From the NCBI GenBank assembly GCA_973895155.1, contig OZ316893.1, positions 62,001 through 126,000 of the forward strand: 64,000 nt of DNA. Direction: 5' to 3'. This document shows, piece after piece, positions 28,496-41,400 of the stretch. The position numbers were made by a program, and so were the translations under genes. The notes beneath the pieces were generated by a model. The model made no database searches. It saw only the letters and a list, made by a program, of their open reading frames with translations, and was not told the DNA's origin. This stretch comes from Marsupella aquatica. Its lineage: Eukaryota > Plantae > Marchantiophyta. Position 1 is the first letter of the stretch. Each line of letters opens with the position of its first letter.

Positions 28496-30767
28496 TTAAC
28501 GATGTATTGGTACTTAGCCCTCCATTCGGGATTGCCCTTCATGATGCAAATCTTGGTCCTTCATTCAGGCTGCTCTACCCGCGGCCAATCTGGGCCGTCC
28601 ATTCAGGGCGCTCAATCCGCGGCTAATCTCTGCCCTCCATTTAAAAATGAACGGCCCAGATTGTTAGGGTTGAGGGCGTTCCTGCATCGCCATCCAACGG
28701 ACAGCTGCTATTGGACGGCCCAGATTTTGTTCAATGGGCCGGTGGTTTCCTGGGCGAGCGTTAATCTAGGAGAGCAGCAGGATGTGGCCACTTCCCATTT
28801 CACTTTCTGGAAACGCCGTCAGGCTGGAAGTTTGTCGTCTGTGCAGGAGCCATTTCCGTCTCGGCCGGGATGAGCTTTCTCTTGCATTCTAGTCATTCTT
28901 CTTCGTGCCTCTCATTCCATGTTCATCGAGAGCTTGAGTAGATTCGGGTGTTTTGTCTGGGCTCAGGATGACCGGCTGCGGTGAATGTGGGTTCGGCTGT
29001 GCGTTGACAGTTGGAGCGCAACTCAGCTTGCTCTTTTTTTTCTTCTTCTTTTTTTCCCTTTTTTTCAATAAAACCCGCGAAACCCCGCGGGAAAGGAGGA
29101 CCAAACAGGCCAGGGCAAAGCCCACAAAGCCCCAAAAGGGAAAGAAAGCCAGGTGGCCAGCACCAAAGTCAAGCGAAGACAAAGTCAAGTGAAATCATGG
29201 CCAAGCAAAAACCTGAAACTAACTTCGAGTCAGCCCCAAAGTGAGGGGGAAGACAAAAAGCCTACTTCATCTGTGTCATAGGTAAGTGACACACTGAGGT
29301 CGCAGGCAAAGGAGCCCAGGGGACCCATCCAGGCATACCCAAAGACAACCGAGCCCCAGCCAAAGGAGCAAAGCACCTACAATCAAGGCAGGAATATCCT
29401 AATCCTAAATCTTAATATATTTCTAACCAGGGAATAGAAAGCACCTCTTAGAGGGTAATTGTAACATGCGAGCAAATAGTAGAATTTTTGCTTGCACAGA
29501 CAAGTTTTCCCCTTGTATTGGGCCCCAAAATCAGGTCCGGAATCTTCCTCACTAGCATGAAGACCCCGTTTGATCATCAAAAAAGGAGAAGATAATGACA
29601 TAGGAAATGAGTAAACATGAGCATGTTCTAGTCCCTTGAATGTACTGGGAGAAAACATTTGGACCAATTTTTACGAGGCAACTCTAGCCACCTGTTTTTA
29701 CCTCCATGTCCGATCATTCAAAATGACATTTGCTTCAGGCCAGCGAAATTGCTAGTCCAATCACACCAACACTTTGGGCCACTCACACGAGGTACGGGCT
29801 CCAGATACAGGCTCCCACACGTGAAAATTCCCACCCGAGGCAAAGCAAAAACGGAAAAGTATAGCGCAATTCCCGCGTGACAAGAATCCGCATCTCATTA
29901 CTGACGAGTCAAGGGTGATTAAGGCCGTTTGGAACCTAATCAAGTCACTTGCGAGTAAACGGGACAATTACCGTTTGAACCACAGGCGAATGCAAGGCGA
30001 ACCCTCCACTTAAACAAAGCAAGTCACCCTAAAACCTCCAGTCTTTGGAATCGTTCTCCCAATCATTTCCACCGCCTCCGTCTTGAGCTCGTTGATTTGG
30101 AACTGCTATTAGTATTACAAGTCCTCAACGCTCACCAGATCAAGTTCAGGTACGTGCCTCTCTGATCTTTTTTCAGTGAAGAACTCTGCGTCAAGGCATT
30201 CATTGTTTTTTAGCGTGGAAAGGCTTTTCATTTCACAAATGGCGTTCATTTTTAATCACTGTTTGGTTCTTGTAAGTGCAAAGACATGTCAGGGGTTCCA
30301 ACCATTCCTCCTAATGGGAAATGACGACTTGAGGTCCGTCGTTTCAACCCGGCAACGGATGGCCCTCTAGAAGACGACTCTCCGCCGAAGCATCAAACCA
30401 ATGTCGACACTGTCAAGGTCTCCGCAGATAGTAGTGTCCCAACCGCAGTAGGTCAGAAAGATCAATCTGTTGGATCATCATCATCATTGAGGCGAACACC
30501 AACGCCACCAAAGTCAGGTCTACCAGCGAAGTCTCCACCACAACCAAAGGTAGATGTCACACAGCGCGAGGCCCTAAACCCTAAATTCAGGTTTCAAACT
30601 CTCTCTGGCAATATGCTTGAACCATTATCCGACACCTCATGATTTTTGGACCCTTTCCTAGAATTGCAGAATACTATCCATCTACTACTCAAAGGAAAAA
30701 ACTCAACAAAAAGACAAATCAGAACAAGAACCAGAAGATACTGACGAGAAACACATTGCTGTGAAAT

Positions 30768-31022
30768 TCAGTTGGAATTACCATCCGTAGAGTTTCCTTT
30801 TTGAAGCCGAATTGCAAACTTAATTGCCATTTCCAATATGTCAGGTGCCACTGGGAACACGCGCCGGATTATGGCTTCGAGCTCCAATTCCGACGACTCT
30901 AGCAACATAGTTACTCCGACCCAGCCAAGGCATAGTTTTGCAGCAACGTCTCGCAGTTGTGTTTCGTCATGAATAGTTCCCCGAAGCAGGTTCATAATAT
31001 TTTCTTCTTCACCACTCGCCAT
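30768..31022 (-). CDS. Duplicate SAM-like header exon (copy B, within 30688-31457)
   Basis: MASGEEENIMNLLRGTIHDETQLRD... is paralogous to 27822-27582 and has the same GT donor at 30781. Confidence 0.7.
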   Translation of the reverse strand: MASGEEENIMNLLRGTIHDETQLRDVAAKLCLGWVGVTMLLESSELELEAIIRRVFPVAPDILEMAIKFAIRLQKGNSTDGNSN

Positions 31023-32639
31023 TGGATCTTGCAGGTTGAGCAATATACTGCTTACTTCTTAAGATATATGCTATGAAACCAGGCATAGACAAGATAGCCA
31101 CAGACGCAAGTTATAACAAAAGAAAGCACATACAAATGACAGGCAGAAATGAAACCCCTCGGGGTGACAGAAATTGTAGCAATAGAGGAAGTGATAGAGG
31201 AAAGAGCACACCACAAGGGTGAAAACTACGGTATGAGGCTGTGAAACTCACCATCCACCAAACCCTAGATCACCAAAATCCCAGTCAAAATCCTGCAACC
31301 GCGCGATGTAAGGCCTTCTGATCCGCAGTCTATCATGACAATCAATTAAACATGCAACAATTCACCACCTCAAAATTTCCAAACCAGACTGCTCGTGAAT
31401 CCACCACACACTTCAGTCTATGCAGAACAGACCAGTATATCGAAGGCTCGGACTCTTAGGGCCGTCTTGCATATATGTAGACGGTCCTTCAAAAAATGGC
31501 CTTTCATACAAACGGTGGCAGCCCCTGAGTGAACAAAACTGCCCCCTGAACGAGGCCGTCTTGACGGCACTAAACTAGGACCTAGAAGGGCAAGGCACGC
31601 AAACCTTGCGACCCTTCACAGTCCCGACCTTTGCATGGCACAGAAGACAATGGCATTTGCTTTCCACATGTCACTGAACTGGGCTGCCTGTGATTTTGCC
31701 GTGCGCCTGATCCGGTCCTGGTTATCAACTCTCACTTGCTCGTACACGTAGGAGACCCTGCAAATTGCCCTACATATGAAATGCTTCAACAATTCACTGT
31801 GCGCTTCACCTGAACACTTCGCATGTGTTCCTGTCACTGCGACGTATTTGAACTTGAGAGCATCATGAGAGTGCTCGTGAGAGTGTAGAAATTGAAGTCA
31901 GCATATGGTAAGCTTTCAGCATTGAGACGACATTGAGAGTGTAGAAATAGATAAGGATTGTACATGCACTCAATAGCAGTCACTTTTGATCGTGCCTCCA
32001 GATTCTTTCAATTTGTAAGCTTTGAAACAACAACCACAGGGGTATAGCGACCGAGACAGCAAACAGGCAAACAGCAAATACTTTTCCTGTTTGCCTTATG
32101 CTGTTACCAGGAAAAAACATCTTGTACCAGGGGAAAGAACACACAATCAGGAGTTTAGAATTGTTTAAGTTGGAGTTAGTCCATTGCGGTGAGGGAGGAT
32201 ACCTTGTCATGAATCGCTGAACCACATAATAATTGAACCTCATATCCCAACACAAACAAGGGGGAGCATACATAAAAATGTCAAGGAATGCGCACAAAAA
32301 TGGTAGGTCCCACCACAATCGGCAACAAAATATATGAAAATAATACAAAATGAATGCAGCCCAAAACTTTATGGTATTATATGGTCCAAAATAAAAGCGA
32401 ACAACGTCTTGACTAGCGCCTGGCGCTATCTTATCGGTATTTAAGGAAACAAATAGTTGGCGTGGAGAACATCAAGCACAACACGATGATATTTAACGGT
32501 GTAGCCTAAATGACAAAATTATCAGCGTCTGGCGCTAACAAAACATGACGCGACATAAATAACACTATTCCGTTGACATACGACAAAATCAATATAACCG
32601 TTTGGACCGATAATACAACCTACATCATCATGATTCATG

Positions 32640-34171
32640 CTATAAACCATGAGCATTTTGCCTCTCTAATATGAGCCGAACCTCTCCAACAGTGAGAATT
32701 GGTTGGCTGGTCAATGTAGATTCCTCAATGTCTAGTTTGAAAACGGTAAGGAAAATCCAATACAAATGTTTGCAAGGCATATATGGATGTTTCTGAGAAT
32801 GTCGCCGGTAGAAATCCTCACACGAGCAAGTGGGGAAAATGCAAATTTGAACAAAGTAACAATTTGGCGTCCGCATATTTTTGTGCGTTTGCACCTTAAA
32901 CTGCTTTCCCCATGCATTCCCAATCGCAACATCCCACTCTCCCTGAATGGACATTGTCTCTTTTTTTGCAGACGCAATTCTGTTCATGTGACCCTGGGTA
33001 AGATTTGACCGAGGAACCGTATTCCTCCCATTCCGGCTTCGGAGACAAACATTGGGTTCGAGAAGATTCACATGTTCTGGAAAGATATTGACATTGATTC
33101 GAAGATCAAAATCTGACGGGGGTCTAGTTGTACGTTCATTTCCGCGCACTAGGGAGATTCCGTTGTCAAGAAGATATTGCAGCTCGTCTTCCAAAACATT
33201 TGTCCCTTTCAAAATGGGAAGAACATCAGGGAAAGGGGGCAGGTTCAATACACCTCGACGCGGGCGGCTTCTGTAACATGTATTGTTTGGGCAAAACCAA
33301 ATCATTTTGGTTATGGGTTCCCCCCTGAAAATGCGTTGTCCTTTGACAACAACGCCGATAACACCATGTGGTGAGGGAAATCCAACTTTTTCACGCGATT
33401 GTGACACTCGTCTCTTTCAGAATTACAGGAAAATGATCCGTTGCACTGAGGACCAGCGCCAAATTTTGAAGTTCGACGTAATTGCCATGCAGCTGGAGCA
33501 ACCTCAGTCTCACGGACAGGACACTCTTGTAACGGTTGCTGAAGCACGGAGGGAGCAGTCTGGGGAAGCCTCGTTGAACGCGTTCGGTCTCGAGCAGGAG
33601 GGGTATTGAAATTGACATCTTCTCCACCGCTCGAAATGTCACTTCCAGACAGATTAACAACAGGATTAACTTGAGGCATGGGGCCAGGGATAGCATCAAA
33701 CGTCGTGCGATTAAGATTCTTCCTTTTCATCAATCTAGTATTGGGCGAGGTGACAAGGATTTTATCATGCCTATGGGAGTCTTGTGGCAAGATATTCCCA
33801 GATGCATGTCCTTTCCTCTTCAAAGATTTGGTGACAACGTCTCCATTGAGAGGTGCACGTCTCTCCAAGTCAAACTCGGCAGCATTGGACAGTAGCATAT
33901 TCATTGCATCTTCATACAACTTGGGGGAGCCTGCCTGGTCCGCTGATCGGAATGCGAGTTCCCAAATTGTGGGACCTTTTCCTCTATGCAACCCTTTCCG
34001 ATACGCAGTGTAAGCAGCAACCTGAGAAATAGCTTGATTTTGGTCCATTTCACATGCCTCAAAGAGGCCAACCTTTTTCTTCATTATCCATGCTTTCATA
34101 CCTGCATGCACGGACTCTGATCCTATACAATTAGGAATCTTAGCCCCTTCTTTGACACTCTTGTTATGCAA
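32640..34171 (-). pseudogene. MULE-type transposase C-terminal region with SWIM zinc finger
   Basis: IPNCIGSESVHAGMK (catalytic-E region) and YFVQI..TCSCEDF..PCKHLYWI (SWIM). Frameshift at ~33311-33407; the 5' part is cut off at the LTR starting 34407. Confidence 0.7.
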
Positions 34172-34406
34172 TTACATAGAATAAATTGTCTGTTACGCAA
34201 CAAGAAAACACTAGCGTCAGGCGCTAGTGAAGTGGAGTCTGTACCTAGAAGTAAAAACTGGCACTGTCCATTAAGGGACAACTTATTGCGTCGTATTGTG
34301 TCATATGACAGTTTGAATAAATGATAGCGCCAGGTGCTAGTATTAAAGGATGCTATGGTATTGTAATATTTGAATATGGATACAAACATTTTGTAATGAG
34401 AATATA

Positions 34407-37400
34407 TGTGATGCCTAGCCAGGAATCCCTCAGCCAGTTAAGTGGGTAAAGCAAGAGTGCACCCTAGAAACACCTTAGTATAGGGACAAAACAAGGAAAA
34501 TATAAACAATTAGGAGCGACTATGGAACCCGGGCCGAGGCCGGAGGTAAGGACGCTGGGGGTGAAAACACGATTAGGGTTAGGGCGCGCTAAGCGTCGGC
34601 GGCTAGGAATGACCAACGGGAGAAAGGACCAGAGGAGGAGAGGGGTAAGGAGCGCTTGCAGGGAATGGTGGCTCATTTGCGAGCACAAACTTGGCAGACG
34701 ACTACAGGAGGCCAACTACTGTCAGCTGCTTAGGCAAGCACTCGGGGAGAGAGTAGATACCGATGATCGACCTAAGGAGGGTATGAGCAACGTCAATCAA
34801 GCGGCACATTTCTGGGGATGCCTGTTCGAATGGGCAACTGAGTACATTAAGACTTACGAGGACGAAGAATCAGAAAGAGCAGCTCGAGAACGGCAGGAGC
34901 TTGCTCGATTGTGGGAGCTGCAGAAGACGGCTTTCTTAGGAGGCGAACTCATCAAGGCCGAGTTCTTGTGGACTCCTACTTCCAATCAGCTCGACGATCT
35001 TCTGTTTTGCAAGGACAGAATCGTCGGCATTCGAGAGGCCATCAAGAATTGCAACGACATACACTGGGAATTGAAGGGTAGCAAGGAGAGGTGGACCCAG
35101 GCAACGGTGCTAGGAGAAACATCCACGGCAGCCGAGATGAAGAGGAAGGGAGCCGTCAACGAAGAAGCCACCCCGGCAAAAAGAACAAGGTCGGCTGCAC
35201 CAAAGAAGCCAGCCGAGCAGCAGAGCCGGAGGCAGGGAGAAGCCGAAGAGGAGGAGGTCGATCCCATCAATGCCATTCCAACCAGGGATGACACCTGGGA
35301 AGGCTGGGCGGCAACCCTACCGGAGGAGGTGCAACTACATTTTGCACGGGAGGAGGATGCATGCTTTACGGCCATGCAGACCAAGAAGTACCAAGGCTTC
35401 ATGGCCGGATCTGGCTTGGAGGCCTTTGTAAGATTACCATGGCTAAAGCCGGAGGTGCCGGATTCAGACCTATTAGAGTTCGTGGGGTCATGGGAACCCG
35501 AGACCAATTCCACGAGGGTATATGGGAAGGATTTCTATCTTACTCCCAAGGTGATTGCCGAAGTGTTTGGCTTGCCGATAGGCAATAAGACCAAAGTTGA
35601 TACCAGGAAGACCTTGCCTGACAAGGAGTTCCGGTCGTTCCCCGGGCCATCAACGAAGAATGGCTTCTTCCGGAACACCTGCACCAACCCGCACATAGGA
35701 GAGATGATCAACTTCTTGCGGGTGACCATGCATTGTAACTTGCCGAGGGCAGAGATCGGCAAGGCACAGGTCTATCTGGCAGAGAGGCCAGACCCAAGCC
35801 GGGACTATAACGGGTACCTCCTCAACCAATTGAAGAAGATCTTAAAGGAAGAGCAGTAGGTAATCGGCCTAGGGAGCGTGTTGCGGCTTGGCTATCACAT
35901 GCCGCTATTGTGCCGGTATGCCAGAGGACAGACCTTTGCCCCAATACTTCCCCTGCAGGTAAGGGCACCCGAGGAAGCTCCAGAATAGAGGCCGGTAGCA
36001 GAGAAGCCTCAACCACCTGTTAGCCCTACGATTGAGCAGGTGTTTAGGCCAAGGAAAAAAGACTTGCCGATGTAGCAACCAAGCATGCAGAATTTGCTGA
36101 AATTGCTGGAGAAGGAAAAGACGACACCGGCACCGGCTTTGGCAGCGGCACCAATACAGGACACTGCCCCAGAGGTAAGCCTAAGCCAACTTAGGAGGGA
36201 AAACCCCTTTACCGGAACTAAGGAGAGAATTAGGCCAGAATCCAAGCCGGGAGTTCGAATGTACGTGGGAGCCTCAAGCTCTGAATCTGAGGTAGAACAA
36301 CCTAAAGCTCCTACCGGCGAAGAGGAGAGGGAGAAGCCGGAAGTCCAAGCAGTGGAGGAGGCAGTGGAGGACTGCAGCCATGATAACTCCGGCTATGGGT
36401 CGGACCATCACGTTCCAGGAGTAAGGACCTGTGGCCGGTTTATCCCCACGCTTCCAAGGGTAGTTCGAGGGGACCCCAACCAGCAGAGTAGCCCCGAGTC
36501 TCCCCCACCAGATGTTGCTCCCCCGAGCTTTGACGGCATAAAGCAGACGGCACAGGAATTTCAGGAGCGACTTAGGGAAGCAGAAAAGGCAGCCCTGGCT
36601 AGGGAAAAGGATTTGCCAGGAGGAGATTGGCCGGAGGACATCAGGCGGCTAGCCGAAAAAGGAAGCAAACCTCTAGCCACGATTGAAGAGATCCGCAAGC
36701 CGCAAGACGGCTTGGGAGCAGAGGCCGCGATGGGCGATGCCGATCACTTCTACTTACTCCACCTACGCTAAAAATAGAGCCATGGAGTATGGTGAGATGT
36801 GTGGGGAACTTGCGCTCAGCATCTTTGGGGAGGAGTTGGAGGTAGGACCCTTTTTCCAGAGGGAGCAGTTGGAGAAGCACCAATTAGAAGAAGCGATGGC
36901 TTTAGAGAGAAGCAAGAAGGACGAGGTCATCCGACGGCTTAGGAAGATGGAAGCCGAGATTGAAGATCTAAGGGCGGCCAAGAAAGCCCAAGATGAACTG
37001 CGGATTAAGCGGCATGAGCTGAACATCATGCAGGGGCAGTTGGATACCGCGCAAGCTGATAATCAGATTATCAAGGATAAACTGACTCAGACCCAAGGAG
37101 AATTGGCCGACGCAATCAAGGACAGGGAGAAGTGGAAGAAGGAGCTGAGAGACGCAGAGGAGGCCCAAATAGCAGCCAACAACCGGGTCACGGCGGAGAC
37201 TCAAAGAAGGGAGAGGTCGTTGAAGGGAGAGCTTGAGGTCATCCGCAGAGCCCTTGAGCAGAAGGAGGCCGAGTTGGGGAAATCCTATCAAGGGATTATT
37301 GCGCTACAGCAGGAGCTTGCGTCCCTGACGGCCAGCTTCAAGGCCGACCTGCGGGAGAAGGACGCCCAACTCGACCAGACTTATGCCAAGATGAATAACA

Positions 37401-38408
37401 TGGAGTCTGAGGTCGTAGCAGAGCTCGACAAGGAGCTAAGAGCAACCCAGGAGGAGAGGGCTACCACCAAGAAGGAATTGGAGGAAGCCCACAGGGAATT
37501 GGAGGAAGCCCACAGGGAATTGGAGGAAGCCAAGAACGAGCTGGAGGAGGCATGTAAGGACCTGGATGAGACCCAGGAGGAGTTGGAGGAAATCACGAGG
37601 AAGATGGAGAACCTACAGCGGCGGGCCGACAACCAAACAGAGCGGCTGAAGAAACAAGCCGCAGTATTTAAGTGCTTGTCTTCATCAGGCCCAACTCCAA
37701 TTGGGGCAACCAAGTTACCAGGAGTGGTACTGGCCGAAGAACAAGCCGCGCCACCTGCACCAGTGACGGAAGTAAGTGGGAAGGGGAAGGGACCGGCTGT
37801 GGAGATAGTGAAGAAGAAGAAGCGGAAACCTTCGGGGTCCGGAGGTTATTTGACCCCTCAAGCCGTACTCAAACCGGTACCAACCTCTGGCATGAACTCG
37901 GCAGTAGATCCCACTATCACCGAAGGTGGGGATGGCGCGGCCCAAGCCGAACTTCTCAGTAATGAGGCCGGTATCCCAGATCCACCTCTTGAGCAGGCCG
38001 GGGAGACCGTAGCCGTATTGGAGGCTGTGGCCAAAGCTGAGGCCGAAGCCGAGGGTGGGCCCAGTCAGGCCGAGGAAAAGTTGACTCGGTCAGAGGCAGG
38101 TAATCTGTCAGAGGACGGACCAACGGCAGTGGTTGCGGAGGGAGCGTTGGGGGCGTCCATTGAGGATCCACCACCGGTGTCGTGACGGTGCAAGGGCGCC
38201 GTTCCTTTTAGGAAGGGCGGACATGGAGGTAGGAGGCGTGAGTGGGCAGGGCGGGCGCTGATCTCCAAGTTTAGACTTAGGATCAGGACCAGGAGGCGGC
38301 CCTGACACTTGGGATGTGGGATTTCGGATCCAAGGTAGGAGCAACACTTGTGCTCCTGCCTTGCTGTACATAGGTAGATTACAGGCAGGTAGATTACTGT
38401 TAGGTAGG
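34407..38408 (+). mobile_element. LTR-like segment of a related gypsy family, interrupted by element 2
   Basis: Begins TGTGATGCC, matching TGTGACGCC of the element-2 LTRs, and carries a homolog of their LTR-encoded ORF. Confidence 0.6.
34522..38185 (+). pseudogene. PMD/plant-transposon-protein-like domain + long coiled coil (ancestral ORF ~1200 aa)
   Basis: ORF 34522-35859 continues in frame through three TAG stops into 36085, then frameshifts into 36683-38185. GLEAFVRLPW..EFV..IAEVFGLP is homologous to GFEHLASLPW..EFV..LKMIFGLP in the 39790 ORF. Confidence 0.7.
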
Positions 38409-41400
38409 TGTGACGCCGCCGGTACGGCGGGTAATGAGTGATTCGGTCTAACTGCGCTCGGCACGCGCGTTAGGAGTGTCTTAGGCCACTATTATTAGCA
38501 TAACGACAGTATTTAGGTAATCATTATGGGTAGGACATCATTAGGCAATAAGGGGGAATTCAGGTTCGGACTGGCGGTGGGTCGCCATTCGCACACCCGG
38601 GTTACGAGCGTGGAGGGGCCCCTCCCTCGGGTCCATATAACAAACTTAAGGAAGCGGCCACTCATACGCGCTGACTCAGACCGGCGGAGTGGCCGGTACA
38701 CCACAAGCGTGAGCGGTTCAGCCTATGGGCGTCGAGGAGACGTCGGGGGATCGACAAGCCCTCAGGGTATAAAAGGGGAGCCGACCCTTTGTAGTGCACC
38801 AGTCCATCAGTCCACGCGCCAGCTTCAATCCCAGCTCTCTCGTTCACTCTTAGTAGCTGCTGCTATCTCCTCTGAATGTCGCACACGATCCTCTCCAGTT
38901 TGGCCGTTCGATTCTGGACGCAGTTCCTATCTATCGGGAGACACTTGGCCGACTCCTTGAAATACGCCAACCCGTGCCGATTCAAAATCGCACGCGAGTA
39001 CGAGAGAGCTATCCGCCTAGCCGGACGTCACCACTATATTCTTAACTTCGACTACCCGTCTCAGAGCGAGCTTTACCGACCAGCAGAGGTATCTGGGTAC
39101 TTCTTCGACGGAGACAAATACATCGGTTTCTGGGAGGCATTGCTGCGGCTTCCGGACGAGGTCTTCAATATCCCAGGTACGATCGACCTACAATGACATC
39201 ACTTTGACCACATCCCTGCTCAGGTTCGGGCTATCATCAACAACGAGTCCAGCACTACTCGTTCGACAAGGACATCTGCACTCGCTTCGAAGAACTTCTA
39301 CCAGCACCTACAGAGCTTCATGGGAACCCGGCCATCAACCAACATGGCCAACTCAGCCGAGCCGAGACCGAACCCGTACCCGTACCCGTACCCGTACCCG
39401 TGAAACCTCAGGCTCAACCGCAGGCTCAGCTTCAGCTTCAACCTCAGCATCAGCCTAGCCAAACCCCACCACCGATCGCCCAGCCACCAGAAGTACGCTC
39501 CGTCATCAACGCTGTGGATCTTAGCGATGACGATGAGGCTACCCCACCCTTGACCAGGCGGCCCAGAGGGACAAACACTCAGGGGGCCGACACTATATCG
39601 TCCCCGCCCCCTGCTCAGACCCAAGGTGCGGCCCCGGCAGACAACATGGTGACCGTGGCCGCCCCGGGCCCATTACTAACGGCAGTGGCACTACCCAGGC
39701 CCGATCGGGAGGATGGGGAAGTGTCACCTTCCCCGAGCTAGTCACGGGGGAAGACGAGGAAGGAATCCGCCGCTGCATCCGGGTTACCATTGGCCACGGT
39801 AGCCGTAGCCAAGGTGACAATGCACCGCATGGGGGAAAACGTTCACAAAAACATCCTCCATCCCAAGCATGCGATGTACCTGAAGACTCAAGGATTTGAG
39901 CACCTCGCCTCCCTCCCCTGGAACACTTGCAGGTACTACGGGGAGGACATGACGGAGTTCGTCAGGAATTATGATGACGCACGTCAACATACTCGGCTGC
40001 GGGGAAGGAGTATGTCCCTCATGAAAGAATGGCTCAAGATGATCTTCGGGTTACCCGAAGGTGACCATCGAGTCGAATCACGGGCTCCCGGGGGCAAGGG
40101 AGCCAAGTACCAATCTTCAAGTTTTCCCTCTAAGGGAGCAGTGGACAACCGGTTCATGATGAGGACCTGCCTCATCCCCGAGATAGCAGAACGACTGGAG
40201 TTCCAGAGGTACGCCCTCCACCTGATGGAACCCCGGGGTGAGATCTCCGCTGCCCAGGTTATCCAGGTCGAGAACTATCGACCTAGGAGGTGGGCATCGT
40301 ACTTTGCCAAGAAGTTCCATGAAGAGATGGAGTGGCGAAGAAAGACGCTGTACATAGGCGAGAAGGCGTATTTCGCTAGCCACATCGAGATCATCCTCGA
40401 GTGGTACGCTCAGTTTGATCGACGAACCCTCCCCCGTATCAACGTTACAAAGCTGGTCCCAGCTCGGTGGGTTTTTCCGGCCTTGGAGCGACGACCTCAA
40501 CCCGAGGCCCGAAGTCCAGCGGACACGCAGGCTTCGCCCACCCCACCTCCACAGGTAGCGGTAGTCGTGACCGAGGAAATACTGGAAGGGTCGGTAACCG
40601 CACCCGAAGCTGCGATCCAACCGACCCGGCCAAGTACAGAAGTCGGTACCGCGGAGGCCTTAGTCGAGCCCGGGTCTCCCAAAGACCTACCGGCGGCTGA
40701 TCCGGAGAACCGGACGCTGCTGCAGGAGGACACTCCAACCCCTTCCAACACTACTTCCCCGGGGTTGGATATCACGGCCCCGGCCCCCGCACGTGTTGAC
40801 GTCTGCCCGTGCCCAACTCCGGACAGGCACAACCTGGACCATCCGGAACTCTTCGTACCGGGTACATTTTTGAATGGGCTTCTGGGGGATTTCTCCCATC
40901 AAATTGCCTGGGATACCGGGGAGTTCATGGCCCGGAAGGTAGCCTGTTTCTTCAATCAGGAGTTGGTTGCCGCAGTAAAGGCAGGTCGGGCCCAGTCAGA
41001 GGCCCTTCAGAGGATAGAGCGGTACCGGGTGGAGTCCGTGTACCTAAAGAACAAAGTTGCGGCTCAAGAGGCTGAGCTTCTACAACTACGACCCAAGGTT
41101 GCAGCCGCCGATGAGTTGTTAGCAAAGGCGCACGCTCTTACCGCCCTAGCCGAACAGGCCAAAGCGGGGAACGAGGCCGAGATTACACGACTCCGGAATC
41201 AGATTGACAGTTTGAAGAATCAAACTGTCACCTGGCAGAAAGACCTGGAGGAGGCTGAGGAATGGGCCCAGCGGGACACGGCGGAGATAGCCACGCTGCA
41301 GGCCGAGGTGGCGCGGCTCCAAACCAAGGCCGAGAAGCAGGACCAGCTGGCGGGTAAACTGACGAGCGACGCCCAGCAGCTGGAGGAGGCATGTCAAGAG

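Noticed and set aside
28500-30690. Spacer between the duplicated headers may be a TE fragment
   Set aside because: No convincing termini, TSD or coding motif found.
31555-31580. Hairpin GCCGTC-TT-GACGGC followed by CTAG, like a Helitron 3' end
   Set aside because: Followed by G rather than T, and no matching 5' end identified.
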